From IMG/VR virus record IMGVR_UViG_3300025003_000394: a DNA stretch of 20,000 bases. One strand, written 5' to 3'. The notes beneath the pieces were generated by a model, which worked only from the letters and a program-made list of their open reading frames with translations, made no database searches and was not told the DNA's origin. The position numbers and the translations under genes are program-made. This DNA is from an uncultured virus (IMG/VR IMGVR_UViG_3300025003_000394). Its lineage: Duplodnaviria > Heunggongvirae > Uroviricota > Caudoviricetes. Shown here one piece after another: positions 1-8,334 of the stretch (the stretch's first letter is position 1; each line of letters opens with the position of its first letter).

Positions 1-40
1 TAAAAATATAGAGGCTGATTTTAAAGAGGCAAAAATAAGA

Positions 41-949
41 TTGATAAAATTAAAAAGTGAAAAAGAGTTGATGTTTTTTGTTGGTCTTGGGTCTGGGATT
101 TTATTCTTATTCTTATTCTTATCTGGGATTGTAGATTACTCATCCCTAGGTGTAATTATGGAGAAGACTGGATTTTTAAATTTAAATAATCTTGTTGGAG
201 TTGGAGATAAATTAGATAGTGATATAAAATATGTTATTGATTTTATATTCGCATTAACACTGCATAATATAGTGGCTATTCCATTTATAATTTTTGCAAA
301 AATAATTATGGGAAAATCAATTAAGACATTAAGTAGTGATGAAAAGGAAATGACTGATTTTATAATAAATAATAGAGATTTATTACTGGCTGATAAAAGT
401 TTAGAGAAATTGTCTTTTTGCGATATTATTGAATTTATATTAAATGGAAAAGATTGTAAATTATCAGATATTGAACTAGAAAATGACTTATTGGATAATT
501 ATTTAATAAAGAATGCAAATGACGATCTTTATGCATCTTATATTGCATTGAAATTAGGCCATTGCGATATGGTTGATTTAAATCTATATAAGGATAAGAT
601 AGTGCATTCTATTGAAGGTAGTCGCTCAAAAGAACTATTGAAGAAAATAACTTTATTAATAAAGCAAAAAGAAATTAATATGATGTCATTTAAAGCAAGC
701 CTAAATAGTTTTATATTAAAGGAAGAAGGATTTAATGAGTGTATTAATAAAGGTAGTGTTTGCGAGGTAGATAGGTTAGAAGATTTAAAAATTAAATTTT
801 GTAAAAAAATGAAAAACCAATATAATTTACTAACTAATAATGATATATTAAGCGAGGTAGAAAATACAGTGGTTTTATCAAATGGTATTATATCTCTAAA
901 GTTAAAAAATCTAGTAAGTAAAGTTACGTGTGCAGTAAAGGTAGTGTAG
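41..949 (+). CDS. Hypothetical membrane protein with two N-terminal hydrophobic segments; possibly a distant relative of 5801-8238 paralogs
   Basis: 302-aa ORF, TTG start after GAGG; hydrophobic stretches FFVGLGSGILFLFLFLSGIV and FIFALTLHNIVAIPFIIFAKIIM; C-terminus LKNLVSK...AVKVV resembles LNKLLSKK...VIKIL of 6623-7408. Confidence 0.7.
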   Translation: MIKLKSEKELMFFVGLGSGILFLFLFLSGIVDYSSLGVIMEKTGFLNLNNLVGVGDKLDSDIKYVIDFIFALTLHNIVAIPFIIFAKIIMGKSIKTLSSDEKEMTDFIINNRDLLLADKSLEKLSFCDIIEFILNGKDCKLSDIELENDLLDNYLIKNANDDLYASYIALKLGHCDMVDLNLYKDKIVHSIEGSRSKELLKKITLLIKQKEINMMSFKASLNSFILKEEGFNECINKGSVCEVDRLEDLKIKFCKKMKNQYNLLTNNDILSEVENTVVLSNGIISLKLKNLVSKVTCAVKVV

Positions 950-966
950 ATTAAAAATATTTATTA

Positions 967-1050
967 AAATAACCACAAGAAGCCGAAGCAACTTAAATCC
1001 TGAGAATTTGGCTTCAATAATAAGCCACATAATTTAGGGTGTGGTTATTT
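967..1050. terminator. Structured intergenic element between convergent genes (probable terminator or structured RNA)
   Basis: AAATAACCACA (967-977) / TGTGGTTATTT (1040-1050) inverted repeat enclosing GAAGCCGAA (979-987) / TTTGGCTTC (1007-1015). Confidence 0.45.
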
Positions 1051-1873
1051 AATTATTTTCAACAAATGTAATAAAATCATTAATTAAATTAATAATGTTT
1101 TTATTATCTAAAGATAAAAATTTAGTTGAATTTTTATCTTTATAATAATCATTTAGGATTAAAATAAAGGCAGAGTAGCATGCTTTTTTAATGGCGTCCT
1201 CTTTTGTATCAAATACATTGGATATACCAAATATAGCTTTACGTTCCCCACTAACTAAATTAGTAATTGAAAATGAATATGGAAATACAGGGTATGATCT
1301 GCTAGAGTCTACCTCTTCTATTTGATATCCAAAACCTTTGTAAAAGTCTAAGTTAGAAGGTATTTTGTCACATAATTCAAGTATAGAATCAATTTTTTTT
1401 CGTAAATTTTTAATGTTTGTATCAAAAAGATAAAGATTTAGAAAATAAATTTGAGATTGATAGTTTTTTTCTTCCCATTCAATATCAATATTTTTGTGAA
1501 CGTCATAGGATAATTTAATAAAATCTGGATAATCATCATCATTAAAATTCTTGCTGATGCTTGTAATAACATTGTCGCTAACAATAATTTCGAGATTATA
1601 TCCTTCATAATCAATTATATAACATTCTTCTTTGGTAAGTTCACAGAATGTAGTGGACTGACACACCTCAGTATCAAGTGATTTAACAATACTGTTAAAG
1701 TTTGAAAAGTCTATATCAGTTGTAGTGATATAGTCGCCATAACTAACTATTTGTTGAATAGTTTTGTCTTTTTCATCAACAATTACCTTAAGGTTATTAC
1801 CTATACTATAATGTGAAATAGTTTTTACCTTATATGTGTAACTTTTTAAATCTGGTCTGTAAAAGTAAAGCAT
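1049..1873 (-). CDS. Hypothetical protein
   Basis: 274-aa ORF, GGAG RBS upstream of ATG, probably co-transcribed with 1892-2239; no recognised motif. Confidence 0.75.
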   Translation of the reverse strand: MLYFYRPDLKSYTYKVKTISHYSIGNNLKVIVDEKDKTIQQIVSYGDYITTTDIDFSNFNSIVKSLDTEVCQSTTFCELTKEECYIIDYEGYNLEIIVSDNVITSISKNFNDDDYPDFIKLSYDVHKNIDIEWEEKNYQSQIYFLNLYLFDTNIKNLRKKIDSILELCDKIPSNLDFYKGFGYQIEEVDSSRSYPVFPYSFSITNLVSGERKAIFGISNVFDTKEDAIKKACYSAFILILNDYYKDKNSTKFLSLDNKNIINLINDFITFVENN

Positions 1874-1891
1874 GTGGGAACTCCAATTTAA

Positions 1892-2239
1892 TTAAAATGT
1901 TGCTATTTTTTTTGCAATAGAATATGTATGAAAAAACAAGCACCAAAAATTAATAAACTCAACTTCTTGTGGACTTGATTCACTAGTGATATTTAGATTT
2001 TCACCAGTAAATAATATATTTAATGGATTATGTAGCCATAATCCGCAAAAGCTAAGATCTTTATTGAGCTTTATATGAAGTGATTTAGTCCTGCGGGAGT
2101 TATTAATAACGATTTTTGTTATTTTTTTTTCTTTTTTATATAAGATAAAAAAATCATTAATAGGAATTTCTTGATTTGGTTCAATATTAAGTAATTCTTT
2201 GGTTAAAGCTGTAACATCTTTAATCTTGATTGAATTCAT
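1892..2239 (-). CDS. Hypothetical protein with C-terminal IAKKIATF tail
   Basis: 115-aa ORF with AAGGA RBS and strong upstream promoter. Confidence 0.75.
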   Translation of the reverse strand: MNSIKIKDVTALTKELLNIEPNQEIPINDFFILYKKEKKITKIVINNSRRTKSLHIKLNKDLSFCGLWLHNPLNILFTGENLNITSESSPQEVEFINFWCLFFHTYSIAKKIATF

Positions 2240-2262
2240 TTTTTTTCCTTTAATTTTATAAT

Positions 2263-2291
2263 ATTCTACAGTGGAAGACCTAATTTGTCAA
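2263..2291 (-). promoter_or_regulatory. Sigma70-type promoter for 1892-2239 / 1049-1873
   Basis: Minus strand TTGACA (2291-2286), 17-nt spacer, TAGAAT (2268-2263). Confidence 0.75.
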
Positions 2292-2301
2292 CAAAATAAA
2301 A

Positions 2302-3582
2302 CTAAAAGTAAAGTTCGATAATTTCAATTGAGTAAATTTTTAGGCCACCCAATAACTCGTACTGGTGCCGTTTATATAATGGGTTATCTACTATTGTAAT
2401 GTCAATATTCATGGGGAAAACAAGGACTCCATTGGCCTTAGAGTGAAATATAAGATCGCGTATTAATTTATTAAGATCATTCATATCAATATTTGAAATA
2501 ATACCATTTTTGAGTTGTAGAAATTTATATTTTGCATCAACAACAGCAAACTCAAATACAGCATCAGGTCTGCTATATCTGCAATCATTTTGATTGATTT
2601 TTCCCACAATAAATTTATTGTCCTTTTGGGTATCCTGTAGAGTGCCATACAGTGATAGATTAGTTTCAACATAGGCTTCCCATACTTTGTCCATCATAAA
2701 TACCTTTCTATAATGTTTGTTTTTAGATATATTGGCTTTATTAGCAAGTAAAGTATTCAGGTAGTTAAAAAGCTTGTGATTTTTCTCAAATATTTTTTGA
2801 TAATTAGCCTGAGATAATGTTCTTTTAAGTAGGTCTTTCGCTAAAAATGAGTGTTGATTCTGGTATGCAGTTTTTGACTTAATGTATTTTAAGGATTTTA
2901 AGATATCTTTAAATACTGTGTTTTGTGAGGATTTACCCTCGTGTAAAAAAGAAATATATCGTTTATTAAACTTATGATATAAGTATGAGTTAATTAACAT
3001 AATGGTTCTTTTATTATCAATGTAAATATTTTGGGCAAAAATACTTGCATCATTATTGAATTGATTTAATTCATTATTGATTTCACCGACAAGAATATCT
3101 GAGTAAATAATGTCTTTCTCCTTTATATGAGTCATTTTATTTATCTGTGATTTTATTTTATTTAATATAAAATAATCATACTCAAATTCAGAAAAAATAG
3201 TGCTGTTTTTTCCTTGTGAAAACGAGTTATTTTTTTTATTAGCACTTTTGTTTATGTTTTTTATTTTTTTTATAAATAAATTGATTTTTTCAATTAAGAT
3301 AGTTTCATTTTTCTCACTGATTACTTTCCCTTTAATGCAGAGGGATTTAAGATCCCAGAATTTAGGAATATAATATATGCATAGCTCATAAAAAACATTA
3401 TTTTTTACGATATGCTTAATTGAATAAACAATATAGCCTTTTTCAATAATGTCCCTTTCCTTTGATATATCATTATTAAGCACTGTGCTTATTTCACTCC
3501 ATAACTCCTTTACAATTTTGTTTTTGGAACAAAAAAAGGATTTTTTTTGAGAGTGAATAAAAATATTAATTTTCATCTTCAA
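2302..3582 (-). CDS. McrC-like PD-(D/E)XK restriction nuclease subunit (ATG at 3576 is an alternative start)
   Basis: C-terminal motifs FMMDKVWEAYV, SRPDAV...VVDAKYK, DLNKLIRD, GVLVFP follow the McrC/LlaJI-type order; 4 bp downstream of an McrB-like gene. Confidence 0.75.
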   Translation of the reverse strand: MKMKINIFIHSQKKSFFCSKNKIVKELWSEISTVLNNDISKERDIIEKGYIVYSIKHIVKNNVFYELCIYYIPKFWDLKSLCIKGKVISEKNETILIEKINLFIKKIKNINKSANKKNNSFSQGKNSTIFSEFEYDYFILNKIKSQINKMTHIKEKDIIYSDILVGEINNELNQFNNDASIFAQNIYIDNKRTIMLINSYLYHKFNKRYISFLHEGKSSQNTVFKDILKSLKYIKSKTAYQNQHSFLAKDLLKRTLSQANYQKIFEKNHKLFNYLNTLLANKANISKNKHYRKVFMMDKVWEAYVETNLSLYGTLQDTQKDNKFIVGKINQNDCRYSRPDAVFEFAVVDAKYKFLQLKNGIISNIDMNDLNKLIRDLIFHSKANGVLVFPMNIDITIVDNPLYKRHQYELLGGLKIYSIEIIELYF

Positions 3583-3586
3583 TTAC

Positions 3587-5038
3587 TCATTGTGATGACG
3601 GAAGTATATCTTGAAAGGAATTAATAATAAATTCTTCATCTTCTTCCTCAATAAATAATGAATATATATAATTCTGAATATGCTCAATAACGTACTCATT
3701 TCTATTATTATGACGCAACAATTCATTATCATAATTTGATAGCAATATTTTATACTTATTATAATTAGATACTAATGTTTTTTTTGTATCCGAAGATAAG
3801 GAATCATCAAGGGTTAATTCGGTATATTTATTTAAAATAAGATCGTTATATTTTTTTGTAATAACGGTTATTTTTTGATTATTATTTTTAATATTAAAGA
3901 AGTCTTTTCCAGTAATATTATAGAAATGTTTAATGCTAAATCGATTACCAGAACTGCCCCATCCTTTAAGATGGGATAAGCTTTCAAGAAGTTCATTTTC
4001 ATAGTTTGCACAAAAAATAAAATGTAAGTTATCTGGAATCCACAATGGAATACTAAGATCTTCTTCATTGAAAGTAGTTGTATTATATTTAAACTCATGT
4101 TGAATGATATGGCCTAATTTAATGAATTCTTCAATACTAAGGGATACCTTATCTTTATAATCTCGTATTAATTCAATAGGTACCTTTACCTTCTGATTGT
4201 CTTTAAAGATTGTTTTTAGAACGTTACCCAAGATGTTATCAAGGGAGAAAGTTCCTACTTCATCAGCAAATACAAAATAGTCACCTAAAGGGTTAAGCGT
4301 TGCACTAGTAATAGCCTTAATAATATTCCCAATAACAATATCACCCTTAATATTTTTGAATAATAGATTTTTTTTCCACTCAAGAACATTATCATTATTT
4401 TGAAAGGAAAGCTCCCAATATTGATTTTCGCCAATAATTTGTTTAACAGTATAGGTTTTTCCACTATTTGGGTTGGATAAAAATATAATATTTTTATTAA
4501 TTTGACTATTTTTTTTAGTACTAATAATATTAGGTATGGTGAGTGTCGGTGAGTGGGTAGTAGTTGTATTTTTATCACTAACGACTATTGATGTGTCGTG
4601 AATGGGATTGTCGGTAAGTTTACGCTTATGCTCTTTTTTTGTGCCTTGTTCTATGACACAATCAAATCCTTTTAATTTAATGCTAAGTTGCTCAATAATG
4701 AGATGAAATCTATATATAAGTTTGTCTTCACTTTGAACAGTTTGAACCCCTATCTCATAGTCTCTTGATATAGTAAAAGTGTTATTATCTTTGTTTTGTT
4801 CAAAGTAGTCTTCATTAGGGAATGCTAAAAAAGGATGTGTTTTATGATTTGGAAAAATATGATCTCTAATTTTAATCATAATCGACATAACATTGTCTTC
4901 TGGGTATAGCCTGTTAATGACTTCAATAAAATTAATAAAGTTAATGAATACATCTTTAAAACTTGTTGGATAATATTCCCTTATTTCTCCTTTGTAGTAA
5001 AGTTTCAAAAAGTTTGGTGTGAAATTTTTTTTTGACAT
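3587..5038 (-). CDS. Divergent McrB-like AAA+ NTPase
   Basis: KNIIFLSNPNSGKTY (Walker A-like), YFVFADEV (Walker B), IPDNLHFIFCANYEN (McrB signature region), NRF (arginine-finger position); unknown N-terminal domain followed by a Thr/Ser-rich linker. Confidence 0.75.
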   Translation of the reverse strand: MSKKNFTPNFLKLYYKGEIREYYPTSFKDVFINFINFIEVINRLYPEDNVMSIMIKIRDHIFPNHKTHPFLAFPNEDYFEQNKDNNTFTISRDYEIGVQTVQSEDKLIYRFHLIIEQLSIKLKGFDCVIEQGTKKEHKRKLTDNPIHDTSIVVSDKNTTTTHSPTLTIPNIISTKKNSQINKNIIFLSNPNSGKTYTVKQIIGENQYWELSFQNNDNVLEWKKNLLFKNIKGDIVIGNIIKAITSATLNPLGDYFVFADEVGTFSLDNILGNVLKTIFKDNQKVKVPIELIRDYKDKVSLSIEEFIKLGHIIQHEFKYNTTTFNEEDLSIPLWIPDNLHFIFCANYENELLESLSHLKGWGSSGNRFSIKHFYNITGKDFFNIKNNNQKITVITKKYNDLILNKYTELTLDDSLSSDTKKTLVSNYNKYKILLSNYDNELLRHNNRNEYVIEHIQNYIYSLFIEEEDEEFIINSFQDILPSSQ

Positions 5039-5057
5039 ATATAAATCCTTTGATTTT

Positions 5058-5185
5058 ATAGAAATTATATATTGAAAAAAATAAAAAACAAGGTTGTTTT
5101 TTTGACTTTCAAAAGAAGGATAATTTACAGAAATCCATAGTGCTCTTTATCAATATCGATAGAAATTATATATTGAGAAAAATAA
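5058..5185 (-). promoter_or_regulatory. 27-bp direct repeat, each copy carrying a minus-strand TATAAT; probable tandem promoters or operator sites for the mcrBC-like operon
   Basis: ATAGAAATTATATATTGA(A/G)AAAAATAA at 5058-5084 and 5159-5185, one mismatch. Confidence 0.5.
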
Positions 5186-5204
5186 CTAAAAGCTATTATT
5201 TTTG

Positions 5205-5233
5205 TTGTAAAAATCCACGATACATGCTAATCT
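5205..5233 (+). promoter_or_regulatory. Putative sigma70 promoter reading into the omegaRNA and the downstream operon
   Basis: TTGTAA (5205-5210), 17-nt spacer, extended -10 TGcTAATCT (-10 at 5228-5233). Confidence 0.45.
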
Positions 5234-5274
5234 TTACAAGATTTTGAAATAAAAAATCAATAAATAGTTGCTTA

Positions 5275-5560
5275 GTAAATCACCCATACCTAAAGGAATG
5301 GGATTGAAAAAGTCAACAAATTAAGGTGAGATCGTAAAATTATGGTTGACCCGACTCAGTGTTTGCATTTTTGCATTCACTACGTTAAGTAAGAATATAT
5401 AGTGAGTTCGGAATGCTACTCCAGTTCCACAAACTCAGGATCTACGTTAAACAGTGACTTTTGGGTAAGAAGCAGTGCGTAGTTCAATAAACCTTATTTA
5501 ACATTGTCTAGGAGTATTTTACCCTCGCAAGAGGTGTCCCGTTATGGGAAAATTCAACAA
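5275..5560 (+). ncRNA. IscB omegaRNA (HEARO-like) scaffold; the guide would be the flank just 5' of 5275
   Basis: Characteristic ordered blocks GTTGACCCGACTCAG, CTACGTT, GGAATGCTACTCCAGTTCC, TTAAACAG, GCAGTG, AACATTGTCTAGGAG, CCTC-GCAA-GAGG tetraloop; long-range pairing TTAAGTAAG/CTTATTTAA; lies directly upstream of an iscB start. Confidence 0.85.
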
Positions 5561-5571
5561 AAAGGAATAAT

Positions 5572-5736
5572 ATGCAGCGAGTATTAGTGTTAGACAAACA
5601 TAAAAATTCATTAATGCCATGCACACCAGCAAGGGCAAGGATATTATTGTCTCAACATAAAGCTGCAGTGTTTAAGATCTATCCATTTACACTTATTTTA
5701 AAAAACAACACTCAATATAATAAATTAATTAACTAA
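5572..5736 (+). pseudogene. iscB: Truncated IscB: PLMP (RRXRR) domain only, 54 aa; not in the supplied ORF track
   Basis: Translates MQRVLVLDKHKNSLMPCTPARARILLSQHKAAVFKIYPFTLILKNNTQYNKLIN*; AAGGA RBS; RuvC and HNH domains absent. Confidence 0.9.
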
Positions 5737-5800
5737 AGGAGAGTGGTAAGGCAATTCATCCCCCCACATAAAGGATGGATTATCCTTGCCCTAAAAACTG

Positions 5801-6595
5801 ATGAACAAAATAAATATCAATAATATAAATAATGACTCCATTAAGTTATTGAAGTTAACAGAGCTATTAAAAGAAGAAAAAGAAAAAGGTTATTCTATTA
5901 AAGATATAAGCCATAAGAGATTTATTGCATTAATTAATAGTGTGACGTTTTTTTGGGCTACAGCATTTTCGTTGGGGAATGAAGCGATTATTTCATATTC
6001 TTGGATAGCAATTTCATTTCTAATATTATCTGCAATAACTTTTTTATACTGGAATTATTATACAACTTCATTTAAATATAGGTGGGAAAAATATAAGGAA
6101 GTGGGATTTGATAAAGAGTGGATTAATAGTAATACATTAGAACTAATTGAGGAATACGAATGTAAATTTAGAATATTTAATTATAGTTCATTGTCATTTA
6201 TTATTAATTGGTTGGTAAAGGAAATAGAACCAACTGATGTTTGTGCTGTAAGAAAGTATCTAATTGATCAAATATTAAAAAGGAAACAAAGGAGTGAGGG
6301 ATTATTAAATCCAGTCATTGAAATAATGGAGATGACGAAGTTAATAGAGGGTAAAAATAATAATTACTCTAAATTATATAAAGAATGGGTCGAAAATCTA
6401 ATAAAAAAACTCAGTAATGATGATTTTATTGAAAATAAAAATAAGCTTGTAGATTTAGTAATGAATATTAATGATATAGATTGTAAGAATGAATTACTAA
6501 AAATATTAGAAAATAAATTTAATGAAATAGGTTTAAATAAAATTAAAGAGATTGAGTTAGAAGATAGATTTTTAAAAATAAAAAAAATGAATTAA
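5801..6595 (+). CDS. Hypothetical two-TM membrane protein, paralog family A
   Basis: 264 aa, paired hydrophobic segments near the N-terminus; LIKKLSNDDFIENKNKLVDL aligns with LVRYLSDSDFLIHKDNIIGL and LVNKTSLEFFSIYKSRIIGL of neighbours. Confidence 0.8.
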   Translation: MNKININNINNDSIKLLKLTELLKEEKEKGYSIKDISHKRFIALINSVTFFWATAFSLGNEAIISYSWIAISFLILSAITFLYWNYYTTSFKYRWEKYKEVGFDKEWINSNTLELIEEYECKFRIFNYSSLSFIINWLVKEIEPTDVCAVRKYLIDQILKRKQRSEGLLNPVIEIMEMTKLIEGKNNNYSKLYKEWVENLIKKLSNDDFIENKNKLVDLVMNINDIDCKNELLKILENKFNEIGLNKIKEIELEDRFLKIKKMN

Positions 6596-6622
6596 TTAAT
6601 TGACTTAATTGGAGGTTGAAAG

Positions 6623-7408
6623 GTGGAGTATATATATAATTTAAATAAGGTTGAGGTGCATACCAATTTAATAGTAAAACTAATAAAAGATATTAATAAA
6701 ATAGAGAAATGTAGTGGAAATATAAAGCATGAAGATGTTAAAGATTTTATTTGCATACTGGCTCTTATCGGGTTTTTTCCATTGGCAATAATTACGCATA
6801 ACTTTGTAGGTCTGTATTTTCAATACATATCTATTCCAATGTTTATGATATCTGGATTATTGCTTTGGGAAGATATTTATGTGTCAAGTAATTTAAAAAA
6901 GATTGGTAAGGATTTTGGAGTTTGGTTTAAAAAAAGAAAATCGCGTAAATTACTGATGAGTAATTTAAGTTTAATAAAAAATAACACTTTTATTTCTAGG
7001 GTGCAAGGATTAAAAGAATGTAGTGATGAATCAATAATAAGCGAAATTTTATATAATGAATTTATAGGTAATAAAGATACTGACTTTAAGATTGCTGAAA
7101 ATATATTCAATCATTTTGGTAAAGAAAATGAGAGGTATGTTAATCTTTATGGTCAAATATTAAAGCATTTAGTGAGATATTTAAGCGATTCTGACTTCTT
7201 AATACATAAAGATAATATAATAGGTTTGGCAATAAATTTAAGCGATTATAACCTAAAAATAGAACTAACAAATCTTATAAAAAACAGAATAATGAAAATA
7301 GATTGTGATAAAAATAATAAGGTTAATGCAGATGTTGAGTTAAATAAACTTTTAAGTAAAAAAATAGATAAAATAAAAAATAGAAAAACAGTAATTAAAA
7401 TTTTATAA
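6623..7408 (+). CDS. Hypothetical two-TM membrane protein, paralog family A
   Basis: 261 aa, GTG start after GGAGG; same architecture; ends KNRKTVIKIL. Confidence 0.8.
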   Translation: MEYIYNLNKVEVHTNLIVKLIKDINKIEKCSGNIKHEDVKDFICILALIGFFPLAIITHNFVGLYFQYISIPMFMISGLLLWEDIYVSSNLKKIGKDFGVWFKKRKSRKLLMSNLSLIKNNTFISRVQGLKECSDESIISEILYNEFIGNKDTDFKIAENIFNHFGKENERYVNLYGQILKHLVRYLSDSDFLIHKDNIIGLAINLSDYNLKIELTNLIKNRIMKIDCDKNNKVNADVELNKLLSKKIDKIKNRKTVIKIL

Positions 7409-7425
7409 AATATTTTGGAGTTAAC

Positions 7426-8238
7426 ATGAGGATAAATACAGTGTCTGATATTATTGAGATTGACACTAAAATAGATGAAATTATTGAAATTTTAAAAAAA
7501 GTAGAGACGGAAAATGGTAATAATGGAAACAATAAGATAATAAGTGTAAGTATAGTGGCTTCATTATCTTTAATTTTAACTTCATTGCTTTACTTTCTTT
7601 GCTTTTACTATGAGGATTCTACGACTCTGATATCTTGGCTTTGTATTTCTATAATTTTTAATGTATTTGTGGCTGTAAAATTTTTATCAATAATGAAGAA
7701 ATATAAGAAAATGTTAAATAAATATAAAAATCTAGGTTTAAATGGTAGTAAAATAATGAAATTTAATGCATTAATTATATTGGAATACAATGAGAAGTTG
7801 TTGTGCGAAAATAAGTTTGTAAAAAAACATATTGATTTAAATAAAATTGATAAAGCAGATATTTTATCTAAAATTATTTATGAAAAATTTGGAGAAATGG
7901 AAGAACACAAAAAACTAGTAAGATCTCCAATAATATTTGAAGCACTAAGTATCCTATCTATTAATGATACGGAAATATCTAATTTTATTTTTAATGATTT
8001 AGTAAACAAAACGAGCCTTGAATTTTTTTCCATTTATAAGTCGAGAATAATAGGTTTAGTAATAAAGTTTGCTAAATTAGATATAAAGGATAAGTTGCTG
8101 GTCGATATAAAAAAAAGAGATTCCGAGGCTAAATATCTTGAAAATAGAGAAAGTGAAGTAAATAAAAAGCTAACTGATTTACTGAAAAAGAAAAAAAATG
8201 CAAATTTAAGAAAGAATACAGTAGTAAAAATATTGTAA
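7426..8238 (+). CDS. Hypothetical two-TM membrane protein, paralog family A
   Basis: 270 aa, GGAG RBS; same architecture; ends RKNTVVKIL. Confidence 0.8.
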   Translation: MRINTVSDIIEIDTKIDEIIEILKKVETENGNNGNNKIISVSIVASLSLILTSLLYFLCFYYEDSTTLISWLCISIIFNVFVAVKFLSIMKKYKKMLNKYKNLGLNGSKIMKFNALIILEYNEKLLCENKFVKKHIDLNKIDKADILSKIIYEKFGEMEEHKKLVRSPIIFEALSILSINDTEISNFIFNDLVNKTSLEFFSIYKSRIIGLVIKFAKLDIKDKLLVDIKKRDSEAKYLENRESEVNKKLTDLLKKKKNANLRKNTVVKIL

Positions 8239-8257
8239 TTAATATAGTATTAAGTGC

Positions 8258-8292
8258 AAAAAAAAAGCCAAATATAATATTTGGCTTTTTTT
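8258..8292. terminator. Bidirectional intrinsic terminator
   Basis: A-tract, GCCAAATAT-AA-TATTTGGC hairpin, T-tract, between convergent genes. Confidence 0.8.
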
Positions 8293-8334
8293 AGATTGTA
8301 ATAGAAGTTATTTTTTGAATTAAAGTTATAACAG

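Larger units (their letters stand above)
5275..5800 (+). mobile_element. Non-autonomous, internally deleted IS200/IS605-family IscB element
   Basis: 5' end GTAAATCACCCATACCTAAAGGAATGGGATTG resembles the IscB consensus GTCAA...CCC..CTAAAGG..GGG.TTG; 3' end hairpin GGCAA(5750)...TAAAGG...TTGCC(5790); followed by ATGAA, a known IscB TAM; omegaRNA and PLMP fragment inside; no tnpA. Confidence 0.85.

Noticed and set aside
979..1040. HDV-like or hammerhead ribozyme in the structured intergenic element
   Set aside because: A 7-bp P1-like stem exists but the P1.1 GG and P4 are missing; CTGAGA is not CUGANGA and there is no matching GAAA core
2271..2285. GAAGACCT as a second target of the TnpB guide
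   Set aside because: Only about 7 nt match, expected by chance
5261..5274. TAAATAGTTGCTTA resembles part of a pistol ribozyme
   Set aside because: The P1 hairpin and pseudoknot partners are absent; the segment is just the flank of the IscB element
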